The notes beneath the pieces were generated by a model. The model saw nothing but the letters and a program-made list of their open reading frames with translations. It was not told where the DNA came from and did no database searches. From the human T2T-CHM13v2.0 reference genome, Homo sapiens, in the NCBI RefSeq assembly GCF_009914755.1, contig NC_060930.1: a DNA stretch of 64,000 bases; one strand, given 5' to 3'. This document shows, in pieces, positions 1 to 15,439 of the stretch. Each line of letters starts with the position of its first letter. Position 1 is the stretch's first letter. The position numbers and the translations under genes were made by a program.

Positions 1-259
1 GGGAAGAGAGGATGATATTATTCCCAACATCACAAGGGGTGTACACCCACCCTGTGATATTGTTTTTAATATTGAGAAGAAAAGAGAATGACATTACTCC
101 CAATATCGCATGGGTTGAAGACCCCCTCTGTGATATTTTTTCTAATATTCAGAGGGTGAGAGGATGATGTTACAGCCAATATCGCAGGGGTTGTACAAAC
201 TCCTGTGTTATTGATTCTTATATCCATGGGGAGACAGGATGATATTACACCCAATATCG
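1..259 (-). repeat. SATR1/SATR2-type ~75-bp satellite, inverted block (continues off the left edge)
   Basis: About 3.5 monomers that read as the reverse complement of the main array (GGATGATATTACTCCCAATATCGCAGGGG...GTACAC...GTGATATTGTT...AATATCC). Confidence 0.85.
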
Positions 260-3200
260 CGATTTTGGGAGTAATATCATCCTTTCCTCTCCTGGATATT
301 AGTAACAATATTATGGGGGGGTGTACACCTTTTGCAATATTGGGATAAATATCATTCAATCCACCCCTGGATATTACAAACAATGTCACAAGAAGGGGTG
401 TATACCCCCTGCAATATCGGGTGTAATTTAATCCTCTCGCACCCTGGTTGTTAGAAACAATATCACAAGGGGGTTTACACGCTTGTAATATTGGAAGCAA
501 CATCATACTTTCTTCGACGGGATATTAGAAACAATCTCACTGGGGCACTGCATACCGCCTGCGATATTGGGAGTAATATAATCTCCCCACCTTGATATTA
601 GAAACAATATCACAGGGAGCATGTAAACCCTCTGTGATATTGACAGTAATGTCATCCTTTCCCTCAATCTATATTAGGAACAATATCACAGAAGGGATGT
701 ACACCTTCTGTGATATTGAGGGTATTATCATCCTCTTCTCTCCTGGATTTTGGGAACACTATCACGTGGTGGGTCTACACCCCTGAAATATTAGGAGCAA
801 TATCATCCTCTCTTCCACTAGATATTAGGAACAATATCACGTGGGCGGGGTCATGTACAATGCCTGCGATATTGGGAATAATATCATTCTCTCTTTCCCT
901 GGATATTAGGAACAACAACGGGGGGGGGCGGGGTGAATACACATCTCCTGTGATATTTGAAATAACATCATTCTCTCATCCTTTGGATATTAGGAACAAT
1001 ATCACAAGAAGATTGTACACCCTTTGCGATATTGAAAGTAATATAACCCTCTCCTCCTGCATATTATAAACAATATTACGGGGGGTGTACACCCCTTGCC
1101 ATATTGATGGTAATATTATCTTCTCCCCCTCTGGATATTTAAGACAATATCAAAGCGAAAGTGTACACCTTTGCGTTATTTGGAGTAATATCTTTTTCCC
1201 TCCCTGGAAATTAGGAACAATATCCCAGATGGGGTGTACACTCCCTGCGATATTGAGAGTAATATTACTCTCTCCTCTCCTGGATACTAGGAACAATTTC
1301 AAAGAGGGGGTGTACAACACCTGGGATATTGGGACTAATATCATCTTCCCCTCCCCCTAATTAATAGGAACAGTATCACAGGGACGGTGTACACCCCTGC
1401 AATGTTGGGAGTTGTATCATCCTCTTCTCCCGCTGTGTATTAGAAACAATATCACAGAGGAAGTGTACACCCCCTGCAATCCTGGAAGTAATATCATCCT
1501 CTCCCCACTTTAATCTTAGGAAAAAATATCACTAGGAAAGTGTACAAAACTACAATTTTGAAAGTAATATAATCCTCTTCCTCCCTTCATATTAGAAACA
1601 ATATCACAGGGCAGGGTGTAAACTCTCTGAGATACTGGAAGTAATATTATTTTCTCCCCCAGTGTATATTAGGAAGAATATCACAGGGGGTGTGTACACC
1701 CCTTGCGATATTGCAAGTAATATCATCCTCTCCCAACCTGGATATTAAAAACAACATCACAGGGCTGTGTACATGCCCTGCGATATTGGGAGTAATATCA
1801 TCCTCTCCTCTCCTGGATATTAGAAACAATTTCAAAGGAGGAGTGTACACTCCCTGCGCTATTGAGATTAATATCATTTTCTCTCTCCCTGATATTAGAA
1901 ACAATATCACAGGGAAGGTGTACAGCCGTTACGATATTGGGAGTAATATTTTCCTCCCCCCTCTGGATATTAGAAACAATATCACAGGGATGTGTGCACC
2001 CCCTGTGATATTGAAAGTAATATCATCCTCTCCTTCACTGGAAATTAATAATAATGTCACACGGGGTTTGTAAACCACCAGTGATATTGGTGGTAATATT
2101 ATATTCTCCCCCCTGGATATAGGGAACAATATTACATAGGAGTGTACACCCCCTGCGATATGGGGAGTAATATTATCTTCTCCACCCATGAATATTAAAA
2201 ATAATGTCACAGGGAAGTTGTATACCTGCTATGATATTGCAAATAATATCATCCTTGTTCCCCCTGTATATTAGGAGCAATATCAGCAGGAGGGTGTACA
2301 TCCCCTAATATAGTGGGAGTAATATCCTCTGTGCTCCTCATTATTAGAAACAATATCACCGGGGGTGGTGTACTCCCTCTTTGATATTGGGTGTAATATC
2401 ATTTTTTCCCAACTTAAATAATAAGAACAGCTCTCCCTCTCCCTCTCCCTCTCCCTCTCCCTCTCCCCACGGTCTCCCTCTCCATCTCTTTCCACGGTCT
2501 CCCTCTGATGCCAAGCCGAAGCTGGACTGTACTGCTGCCATCGTGGCTCACTGCAACCTCCCTGCCTGATTCTCCTGCCTCAGCCTGCAGAGTGCCTGCT
2601 ATTGCAGGCGCGCGCTGCCATGCCTGACTGGTTTTCGTATTTTTTTGGTGGAGATGGGGTTTCGCTGTGTTGGCCGGGCTGGTCTCCAGCTCCTAACCGT
2701 GAGTGATCCGCCAGCCTCGGCCTCCCAAGGTGCCGGGATTGCAGACGGAGTCTCATTCACTCAGTGTCCAATGTTGCCCAGGCTGTAGTGCAGTGGCATG
2801 ATCTCGGCTAGCTACAACCTCCACCTCCCAGCCGCCTGCCTTGGCCTCCCAAAGTGCCGAGATTGCAGCCTCTGCCCAGCCGCCACCCCGTCTGGGAAGT
2901 GAGGAGCATCTCTGCCTGGCTGCCCATCGTCTGGGATGTGAGGAGCCCCTCTGCCCGGCTGCCCAGTCTGAGAAGTGAGGAGTGCCTCTTCCCGGCCGCC
3001 ATCCCGTCTAGGAAGTGAGGAGCATCTCTGCCCAGCCGCCCATCGTCTGAGATGTGGGGAGCGCCTCTGCCCAGCCGTGATCCCATCTGGGAGGTGAGGA
3101 GTGTCTCTGCTTGGCCGCCCAGTCTGAGAAGTAAGGAGCCCCTCCACCCAGCAGCCGCCCCGTCTGAGAAGTGAGGAGCCCCTCCGCCTGGCAGCCACCC

Positions 3201-6200
3201 CATCTGGGAAGTGAGGAGCGTCTCCGCCCGGCAGCCACCCCGTCCGGGAGGGAGGTGGGGGTCAGCCCCCGCCCGGCCAGCCACCCCATCTGGGAGGGAG
3301 GTAGGGGGCACCTCCGCCCGGCCGCCACCTCATCTGGGAGGTGGGGGGCGCCTCTGCCCGGCTGCCCCTTCTGGGAAGTGAGGAGCCCCTCTGCCTGGCC
3401 ACCACCCCATCTGGGAGGTGCACCCAACAGCTCATTGAGAACAGGCCATGATGACGATGGTGGTTTTGTGGAATAGAAAAGGGGGAAAGGTGGGGAAAAG
3501 ATAGAGAAATCAGATTGTTGCTGTGTCTGTGTAGAAAGAAGTAGACATGGGAGACTTCATTTTGTTCTGTACTGGGAGGGGTTCTTCTGCCTTGGGATGC
3601 TGTTGATCTGTGACCTTGCCCCCAGCCCTGTGCTCTCTGGGGCATGTGCTGTGTCCACTCAGGGTTAAATGGATTAAGGGCGGTGCAAGATATGCTTTGT
3701 TAAACAGATGCTTGAAGGCGGCATGCTCGTTAAGAGTCATCACCACTCCCTAACCTCAAGTACCCAGGGACACAAACACTGCGGAAGGCCGCAGGGTCCT
3801 CTGCCTAGGAAAACCAGAGACCTTTGTTCACTTGTTTATCTGCTGACTTTCCCTCCACTATTGTCCTGTGACCCTGCCAAATCCCCCTCTGCGAGAAACA
3901 CCCAAGAATGATCAAAAAAAAAAAAAAAAAAAGAACAATATCACAGGGAACTTTTCCCTCTTACGATATTGAGAGTGATGTCCTCTCCTCCCCTAAATAT
4001 TAGGAAAAATATCAAAGTGGGGGTGCACAACCTCTGGGATATTAAAACTAATATCATTCTCTCTCCACCTAAATATTAAAAGCAATGTCGAAGGGAGGGC
4101 ATACACTCTTTCGATATTGGGAGTAATATTATTCTCTCCCCCTATATTAGGAACAATGTCACAAAGCAAGTGTACACTCCCTGAATTATTAAGAATAATA
4201 TCATTTTCTCTCCCCGTGGATATTAGAAAAAATAACACTGGAAATGTGTACAACCCCTGCAATATTGAAAGTAATATAATCCCTTTTCTCCCTTCATATT
4301 AACAAAAAGTCACAGGAGGAGGTGTAAACTCCCTGCGATATTGAGAGTAATATCATCCTCTCCCCCCTTTATGTTAGAAACAGTATCACTGGAGGTGTGT
4401 ACATCCTGTGCGATATTGCAAATAATATCCTTTTTCATCTTGGATATTAAAAACTATATGATAGGGGGGTGTACATGCCCTGTGACATTGGGAGTAATAT
4501 CATCCTCTTTTCTCTTGGATATTAGAAACAATATCACAGGGGCAGAGTACACCCTGTGCGACATTGAGAGTAATATTATTTTCTCTTCACCTAGTTATTA
4601 GAAACTGTATTACCGGGTGGGGGGGGTTGTAGAGCTCCTGCGATATTGGAACTAATATCTTATTTTCCCCTGAATATTAGGAACAACAACACAGAGTTGT
4701 GTACACCCCCTGCCATATTGAAATAATATCATCCTCTTCTTCACTGAAATTAAGAACAATATCATAGGGGAATGTAAATCCCCTGTGATACTGGGAGTAA
4801 TATCATCCTCTCCCTTCCTGGATATTAGGAGCAATATTACAGTGAGGGTGTACACCTTTTGTGATATTGGGAGTAATATCATCCTCTCCCCACCCAGATA
4901 TTAAAAGCAATATCACAGGAACGTTGTACACCTGCTGCATTATTGGGAGTATTATCACCCTCTCCCCTCTCTGGATATTAGGAACAATATCACGGGGGTG
5001 TGTGTACACCCCCTACGATATTGGGAGTAATACCATCCTCTCCCCTCCTAAATATTAGTAACAATTTCATAGGTGGGGTGTACACCCTTTGTGATATTTT
5101 TAATAATATCATTTTCTCCCCCTCTGAATTTTAGAAACAATATCACAGAGTGAGTGTACACCCCCTGTGATATTGAGAGTAATATCATCCTCTCACCCCC
5201 TGGATATTAGAAATAGTATCTCAATGGGGGTGGTACACTCTCTGCAATATTGAGAGTAATATCATCCTCTCTCCCCTGGATATAAGGAACAATATCACAA
5301 AGGAGTTTACATCACTTGCAGTATTGGGAGTAATATCATCTTCTCTTCCACTGGATATTAGAAACAATCTCACAGGGAGTGTGTACACCCCCTGCAATAT
5401 TGGGAGTAATATCATCCTCTTCCCTCCTGGATTTTAGAAACAACATCCCAGGGCTGTTGTACACCACTTGCAATATTGACAGTAATATCATTATCTCTTT
5501 TCCTAGATATTAAGAACAATATCACGGCGGGGGTTGTGTACATACCCTGTGATACTGGGAGTAATATCCTCTCTTTCCCTGGATATTAGGAACAAAATCA
5601 CAGGGGGGTTGAAGACTTCCTGTGATATTTGGAGTAATATCCTTCTTTCCCTTCCTGGATATTAGAAATAATACCACAAAGGAGGTGTTCACTACCTGCG
5701 GTTTTGGGAGTAATATCAGTCTCTTAGCCTTTGGATATTAAAAACAATATCACAGAGGGGGTGTACATCCTCTTGGATATTGAAAATAATGTCACCCTCT
5801 TTCTCCCTGGATATTAGAAACAGTATCACAGGAGGGGGTGTACACCCCCTGGGATATTGGAAGTAATATCAACCTCTCTTTCCCTGGATATTAGGAACAA
5901 TATCACAGAATTGGTGTGCACCCCCTGAGATATTGAAAGTAATATTATCCTGTCCCTTCCTTCATATTAGGAACAATATCACAGGGGTGGGAGGTAAAGT
6001 CCCTGTGACATTCGGAGTAATATTAACCTCTCCCCCACTGTATAATAGGAACAATATCACAGAAGATGGTGTATACACCATGCGATGTTTTAAGTAATAT
6101 CATCCTCTTTCAACCTGGGTGTTATAAACAATATCACAGGGTAGTGAACACGCCCTGCAAAATTGGGAGTAACTTCACCCTCCTACCTCCTGATTATTAG

Positions 6201-9200
6201 AAACAATATCCCAAAAGGAGTGTACACCTCCTGTGATATTGATAGTAATATTATTTACTACCATTCTGGATATTAGAAACAATATCACACGGGGTTCGTA
6301 CAGCCTCTGTGATATTGGGAGTAATATTATTTTCTAACCCCCCCCAATATTAGGAAATATGTCACAGGTACACCCCCTGCGATATTGAAAGTAATATAAT
6401 TCTCTTCTTCACTAAATATTAAGAACAATATCACTGGGGGTGTGTAACCCCCCTGAGATATTGAAAGTAATATCCTCTCCCCCTGGGATATTAAAAACAA
6501 TATTACACGAAAATTGTACACCTTCTGCGCAATTGGGAGTAATATCATTTTTTCCCTTGCTGGATATTAAGAACACTTCCTTCGATATTGGGAGTAATGT
6601 CATCTTTTTCTCTCCTGCATATTAGGAACAATATTAGAGGGGGTTTGTACACCCCGTGCAATAGTGGGAGTAATATCCTCTTCCTCCCTGCATATTAGGA
6701 AAAATATCACAGAATGGGTATACACCCTCTGTGATATTGAGAGTAATATCTTCCTATTCACTCCTGGGTATTAGAAATAATATCACAAAGTTGGGGGTGT
6801 ACACCCCCTGCGATACTGGAAGTAGTATTATTTTCTCGCCCCCTGGATATTAGAAATAATATCACAGGGGGGTTTACACCCATGAAATATTGGAAGTACT
6901 ATCATCCTTTCTTCTGCTGGATGTTAGGAACAATCTCACAGGAGGGGTGTACACCCCCTGCGATTTGGGGAGTAGTATAATCTCCCCCCTTGATATTAGA
7001 AACAATATCTCAGGGGGCGTATAACCCCCCTGTGATATTGACAGCAATAATAATCTTCTCCCTCTTTGGATATAAAAAAGTCACAAGTGGGGTGTACACC
7101 CCCTGCGATATCGGGAGTAATATCATCCTCTTTTCTCCTGAATATTAGGAATAACATCAAAGGGTGGTTGTACACCACCTACGATATTAATAGCATCTTC
7201 TCTTTCTGTAGACATTAGGAACAATATCACAGTGGGGGCGTACACTCCCCCCGTGATATTGAGAGTAATATCATCATCTCTTTCCCTGGGTATTGGGAAC
7301 AATATCACAGAGGGGTTTTACACCCACTATGATATTTGTAGTAATATTATTCTGTCCCCTCCTGGATATTAGGAACAATACCACAAGAAGGTTCTACACC
7401 ATTTGTGATATTGGGAGTAATAGCATCCTCTCTTCCCCTGGAAGTTAGGAACAATGTTACAGGGAGCCTGTACACCCCCTGCCATATTGGGAGTAATGTC
7501 ATCTTCTCTGCCCTGGATATTTAACGCCATATCACAGGGATGGTGTACACTACCTGCAACATTGGGAGTAATATAATCCTTTCCTCTCTTGACATTAGAA
7601 ACAATATCAAAAGGGGGTGTACACCCCTTGTGATATTGGGAGTAATATAATCCTCTCTCCACTTGGATATTAGGAACAATATCACAGGGGTGTGTACACT
7701 TTCTGTGATAATGGGAGTAATGTCGTCCTCTTCCCCCCTGGATATCAGGCACAATATTACAGGGTGTGTGTACACTCCCTGCGATATTAAAAGCAATATC
7801 ATCCTCTTCCCCCCTGGTTATTATAAACAGTATCACAGGGGATGTTGTACACCCCCTGCAATATTGAAAGTTATATTATCCTCTACGCCTCTGAATATTA
7901 AAAATATTATCACAGAAAAAGTGTACACCTCTGCAATATTAGGAGTAATACCATCCTCTTGTCTAATGGATATTAGGAACAATATCGCAGTGGAAGTGTA
8001 CACCCCTGCGACATTGGAAGTAATATCATCCTCTTTCCCTCTGAATATTAGAAACAATATCAAAAAGAGGTGTACACCCCCTGCAATATTGGGAGTGATA
8101 TCATTTGTTCCCCTTATATATATTAGAAACAATATCACAGGGACAGTGATATTAAGAGTGATATCATCCTCTTTCTCTCTGGATATTAGGAACAATACCA
8201 CAGGGGAGGTGAACACCTCCTTCTATATTGGGTGTAATATCATCCTCTCTCTTCCTGGATATTAGAAGTTATACCACAGGGGCGTGTACAATCCTTGTGA
8301 TATTGAAAGTAATATCATCCTCTTTCCATTTGGATATTAGGAACAATATCACAGAAGGGGATGTACACCCCCTTCGATATTGGGAGTAAAACCATTTTTT
8401 CCCCGCCTGGATATTAGAAACAGTATCACGGGGAGGGGGCGGTGTACACCCTCTGCGATAGTGGAAGTAATGTCATCCTCTTCACCCTCGGATATTAGGA
8501 ACAATATCACTGAGAAGGGTGTACGCACCCTACGATATTGGGTGTAATATCATTTTATCCCACCCTAAACATTAGGAACAATATCACAGGGAGGGTGAAC
8601 ACTCCTTGTTAAATTGAGAGTAGTATAAACCTGTCCTCCCCTGGATATTAGAAACAATTTCAAAGCGTGTGTGTACAACCCTTGTGATATTGGGAGAAAT
8701 ATCATCAACTCTCCTTCTAAATATTGGGAATAATATCACAGGGAGGGTGTACACTCCCTCCGATATTGAGAGTAACATCATCCTCGTCTCCACTGGATGT
8801 TAGGAACAATTTCAAAGCAGGGGGGTGTAGGTACGGATATTGGGAGTAATATCATCCACTCTCCTTCTAAATATTAGGAACAATATCACAGGGAGGGTGT
8901 ACACCCCCTGTGATAATGGGAGCCATATCATTTTCTCCCCTCATATGTATATAAAAACAATATCACAGAGGGAGAATACACCCCCTGAGATATTGGAAGT
9001 AATATCATCCTATCCTTTTCTGAATATTGGGAAAAATATCACGGGGGGTGTACACCTTCTGCGATATTCAAAGTAATATCATCCTTTTCTTCCCTTCATA
9101 TTAGTAACATATCACGCTGGGGAGGGCATAAACTCCCTGCTATATTAGAAATAATATCATCCTCTCCCCCCATATATGGAGAACAATATCACAGGGGTTT

Positions 9201-10740
9201 GTACAACCCGTGTGATATTACAGGTAATATCATCCTCTCTCAACCTGGATATTAAAAACAATATCACAGGGTAGTGTACACCCCATGTGATATTGTGATA
9301 CCTTCTCTTCCCCTAAATATTAGGAAAAATATTACAGGGGGAGTGTACCCTCCCTGTGATATTGAGAGTGATATCATTTTCTCCTCCCTTGTATATTAGA
9401 AACAGTGTCACAGGGAGAGGGGTACAGCGTCTCCGTGTTTGGGAATAACATTATCCTCTCCCCTCTTGAATTTTAAGAAGAATATCACAGAGGAATGTAC
9501 ACCCCCTGCGATATTGAAAGTAATATTATACTCTCTTTCACTGGTAATTAGGAACAATACCACAGGGAGTGTGTAAACCTTCTGAGATATTGGGAGCAAT
9601 ATCATCCTCTCCCCGTCTGGATATTAGGAACAATATTACAGGGGGGATGTACACCCCTTGCAATATTGGGAGTCATATCATCCTTTTTGCCCCTGGATAT
9701 TAAGAACAATATCACAAGGAAGTTGTCCACCTGCTGCAATATTGGGATTAATATCATCCTCTCCCCCTCTGAATATTTGGAATAATATTACAGTGGGGGT
9801 GTACACAACCTGCGATATTGAGAGTAATATCACTCTCTTCCCTCCTGCATATTAGAAACAATACCACAGGGGGGTGGTCTACACTTTCTGCAATATTGAA
9901 AGCAATATCATACTCTTCCCCCCTGAATATTAGGACTAATATCACGGGGTGGGTGTACACCTTCTGCGATATTGAGAGTAACATTATTTTCTCCCCCTCT
10001 GGATGTTAGAAACAATATCACAAAGGGGTGTATACACCCCTTGCGATATTGGGAGTAATACCATCCTCTTTCTGCCTTAATATTAAGAACAATATCGCAG
10101 GAGGATTTACACCTTCTGCGACATTGGGAGTAATATCATTTTCTTTCCACTAAAATAAAAACAATATCAGAGGGTGAGAGTATACTCCCTGCAATATTGA
10201 GATTAATATCATCTTCTCTTCCCCAGGATATTAGGAACAGTATCAAAGGGGAAGTGTACAATCCCTGGGGTATTGGAAGTAATGTCATCCTCTCCTCTCC
10301 CTTAATATATATTATGAACAATATCCAAAAAAGGATGTACACACCCTGCGATAATGGGAGTAATATCCTCCTCACCCCCTGGATATTAAGAAAAATATCA
10401 CTAGGAAGGTGTAAACCTTCTGCGATATTGAAAGTCATATAATCCTTTTCCATCCTTTATATTAGGAACAATATCACGGGGGGGGGGGGGTGTAAACTCC
10501 CTGTGATACTTTAAGTAATATCATCCTCTCTCATCCTGTATATTAGAAACAATATCACGGAGGTTGTGTACACCCTGTGCAATATTGCAAGTAATAACAT
10601 TATCTTCCAACCTGGATATTAGAAACAATATAACAGGAGGATGTACAAGCCCTGTGATATTAAGAGTAATATCATCCTCTCCTCTCCCAAATATTAGAAA
10701 CACCCCCTGCAATATTGGTAGTAACATAATTTTTCTCTCT
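260..10740 (+). repeat. SATR1/SATR2-type satellite array, ~75-bp diverged monomers (roughly 120 copies), interrupted by an SVA
   Basis: Tandem unit approximately GGATATTAGGAACAATATCACAGGGGGGTGTACACCCCCTGCGATATTGGGAGTAATATCATCCTCTCCCCCCT throughout; the family name is from recall. Confidence 0.85.
2430..3930 (+). mobile_element. Full-length SVA retrotransposon (SVA_C or early SVA_D-like)
   Basis: 5' G then (CCCTCT)n hexamer 2431-2465, Alu-like region to ~2870, GC-rich VNTR ~2870-3420, SINE-R ~3420-3913, poly(A) 3914-3930; TSD AAGAACA at 2423-2429 and 3931-3937. Confidence 0.97.
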
Positions 10741-10744
10741 CTAG

Positions 10745-13247
<2,503 letters not shown>

Positions 13248-13837
13248 TGTAGGGAAGTTTAAATTTTCCCCCTGAAGAGTGAAGAATTTGAGTCTGTAAA
13301 ACAAACTGATAATAGACAGATTAAAGGGGAAAAAAGGCATATGAATTTTATTACATGTACTTGTTTGCACGGGAATTATATGAAGTATAAAAACTTAAGG
13401 AAAGGTAACATAGTTGATGCTTTTATATCATCTTGAAATTATAGAAAGAACAGGGACTTGGAATGTGACAGATTATGGGGGCAAAATGGGTTATGAAAGG
13501 GAGAGAAAAGAAAGACTTGGCTAGCAAAGGTGGTCTTACCATGCAATGAAAACCTTGAAGGTAGAATCCATCAGAGAGAATAGATGCTAAATGTTTTGTC
13601 AGACCTTTAAAAGCATGAGACTCTCAGTAAATCTTTCCTAGATTCAGACAAGGGGTGGTGTGGTTCAGAGAGAGCCTGTTTGCATCTGTTGCACCCTTCA
13701 CTTTATTTCTTCTACAGATGCAAATCTCCACAAAAGTCAGCTTTTCAATTATTCTTGTATTTCTATCTTCACTGAAATGCCATCTTGAAATACATCATAG
13801 AAGTATATTATAGGGTTTAATATTTTGGTTTCCTACA
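13248..13837 (-). mobile_element. MER34-group LTR (5' LTR of the ERV remnant)
   Basis: TGTAGG...CCTACA inverted termini; MER34-like motifs (AATAGACAGATTAA..AAAAGGCATA, TACAGATGCAAATCTCC, AAGTATATT..TATTTTGGTTTCC). Confidence 0.7.
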
Positions 13838-15439
13838 GTGGGTAATATTAACTAGTAAATATGAGAGATATTCATTAAAAATATTAATTCTATTCAATTA
13901 GAAACAGGTGTCCTTCCTAAATCCAAACGTTCAGAGAAAGTAGTAGGAAGAATATCAGATCATAGTCAGAAGACCTGGGTTTGAGTCTTAATTCTGCTTT
14001 ATTAGTTACATGAGTTGGGCAAAACCTTTTGGAATAGACCAGTGTCACCAAGACAACAGGACGGTTATAGAAAGGCAGAAAAACAATGTAAACAAACATT
14101 TTATAAGCATAAATAATAATAGTTATTCTTCTATATACATTCAGTGTCTCTAAGCAGATCCAAAGATTTGCCAAGTTTTAATGAGATGGAATGTGGGTTG
14201 TTTTATCTTAATTTATTTGTAATATGCCTAAAAGTAGATATATTGAAGCTTAAGGATTTATCCATCATATTCTTTTGTATTCTGAGGATCACCCTTTATG
14301 AGAATGAATGGAATACATGAATATGTCTACTTTCATTACCTTAGTCTATTTAGACCATTTTAAAATAATTATGAAAGTGACTTTGCAAGAAGAGCATAAT
14401 GAATTTCACATCCGGGAGATAATCCACTGTGATGAAAAATTATCAAAATCAGAAAACAATGTTTATTTTCTCCCTGTGACAATGTGAGAATTGTTAAGTG
14501 GGAATATTTCTTCTTTCACTTCTTTGTATTTGTTTCTATTCTTTGGTAAACATAATAATGTTGAGGAAATATTTTGATAATTTATTGGGTACATTATTTA
14601 TTTCTTATTTTGGAAGCCTTGGAGCTGAATTCAGGCTTCTCTAAATGGCCTATATATTTAACTTTATAATTGCAAAATGTTCCCCCTTTTAAACAGTATA
14701 TTGTAAATCTGAAAATACAGTTTATACTTCTTTCAATATACTTTCAACAAAAACATTAGATTTCCTGCCTTGCTAGTGAGTATATTTAAATATTCCATAA
14801 GTTTTCACAAGCACTCTTGAAAAATGGTCTACTTTTTTATAATAATATTGATAATTTTGTTAATATTGCTAGCATACAAATTGAGTTATATTTTTAGTAA
14901 AGTAAAATAGGTACAGTTGGAATTATCCTTATTTCTAAATGCTACTTATTTTTTAACAGTATTCATGCATATGTTTTCAAAAGCTAAATGACACAAAAAA
15001 GCTTAAAACCAAAACCATTTCCTCATTTTGTCGGTGGGGGTGGTGATCAGGAGTGGTGGGTTTTCCTAGTGGGGGCCACTTTGAATATTCACATTTCTAA
15101 GCCATATACTAATGCTCTAATTTCTAATATCTCCATTCTATACATTGTTTGCTGTCTTCCAGAGTGCAACTTGAAGATTTTGTTTCTTTGTATTATTATA
15201 ATGCCTTTGCATCTTTCCCTAGTATCTTGATTTTTGATTAATTGAATTTTTGCACTGTTGATTGGGACTATGTAAATATTGTTAACTGCTGAGCCAAACA
15301 GTATATTATTTTTATTAAATATTATTCTTTACATACTTTTTTCTGGGCATTTACCTCTTTTTTGCATTCCTATTTTTTGTGTACTCAATTTTAATTTTAT
15401 TTGTACATTTTCCATTAGCGTCTTTAATACAGTTTTCTA

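Noticed and set aside
2808-3645. Overlapping 100-167 aa ORFs
   Set aside because: Stop-poor GC-rich SVA VNTR; SVA is non-coding.
260-10740. CRISPR-like palindromic repeat array
   Set aside because: The intervening segments are homologous rather than unique spacers, there are no cas genes, and the context is primate; this is a satellite.
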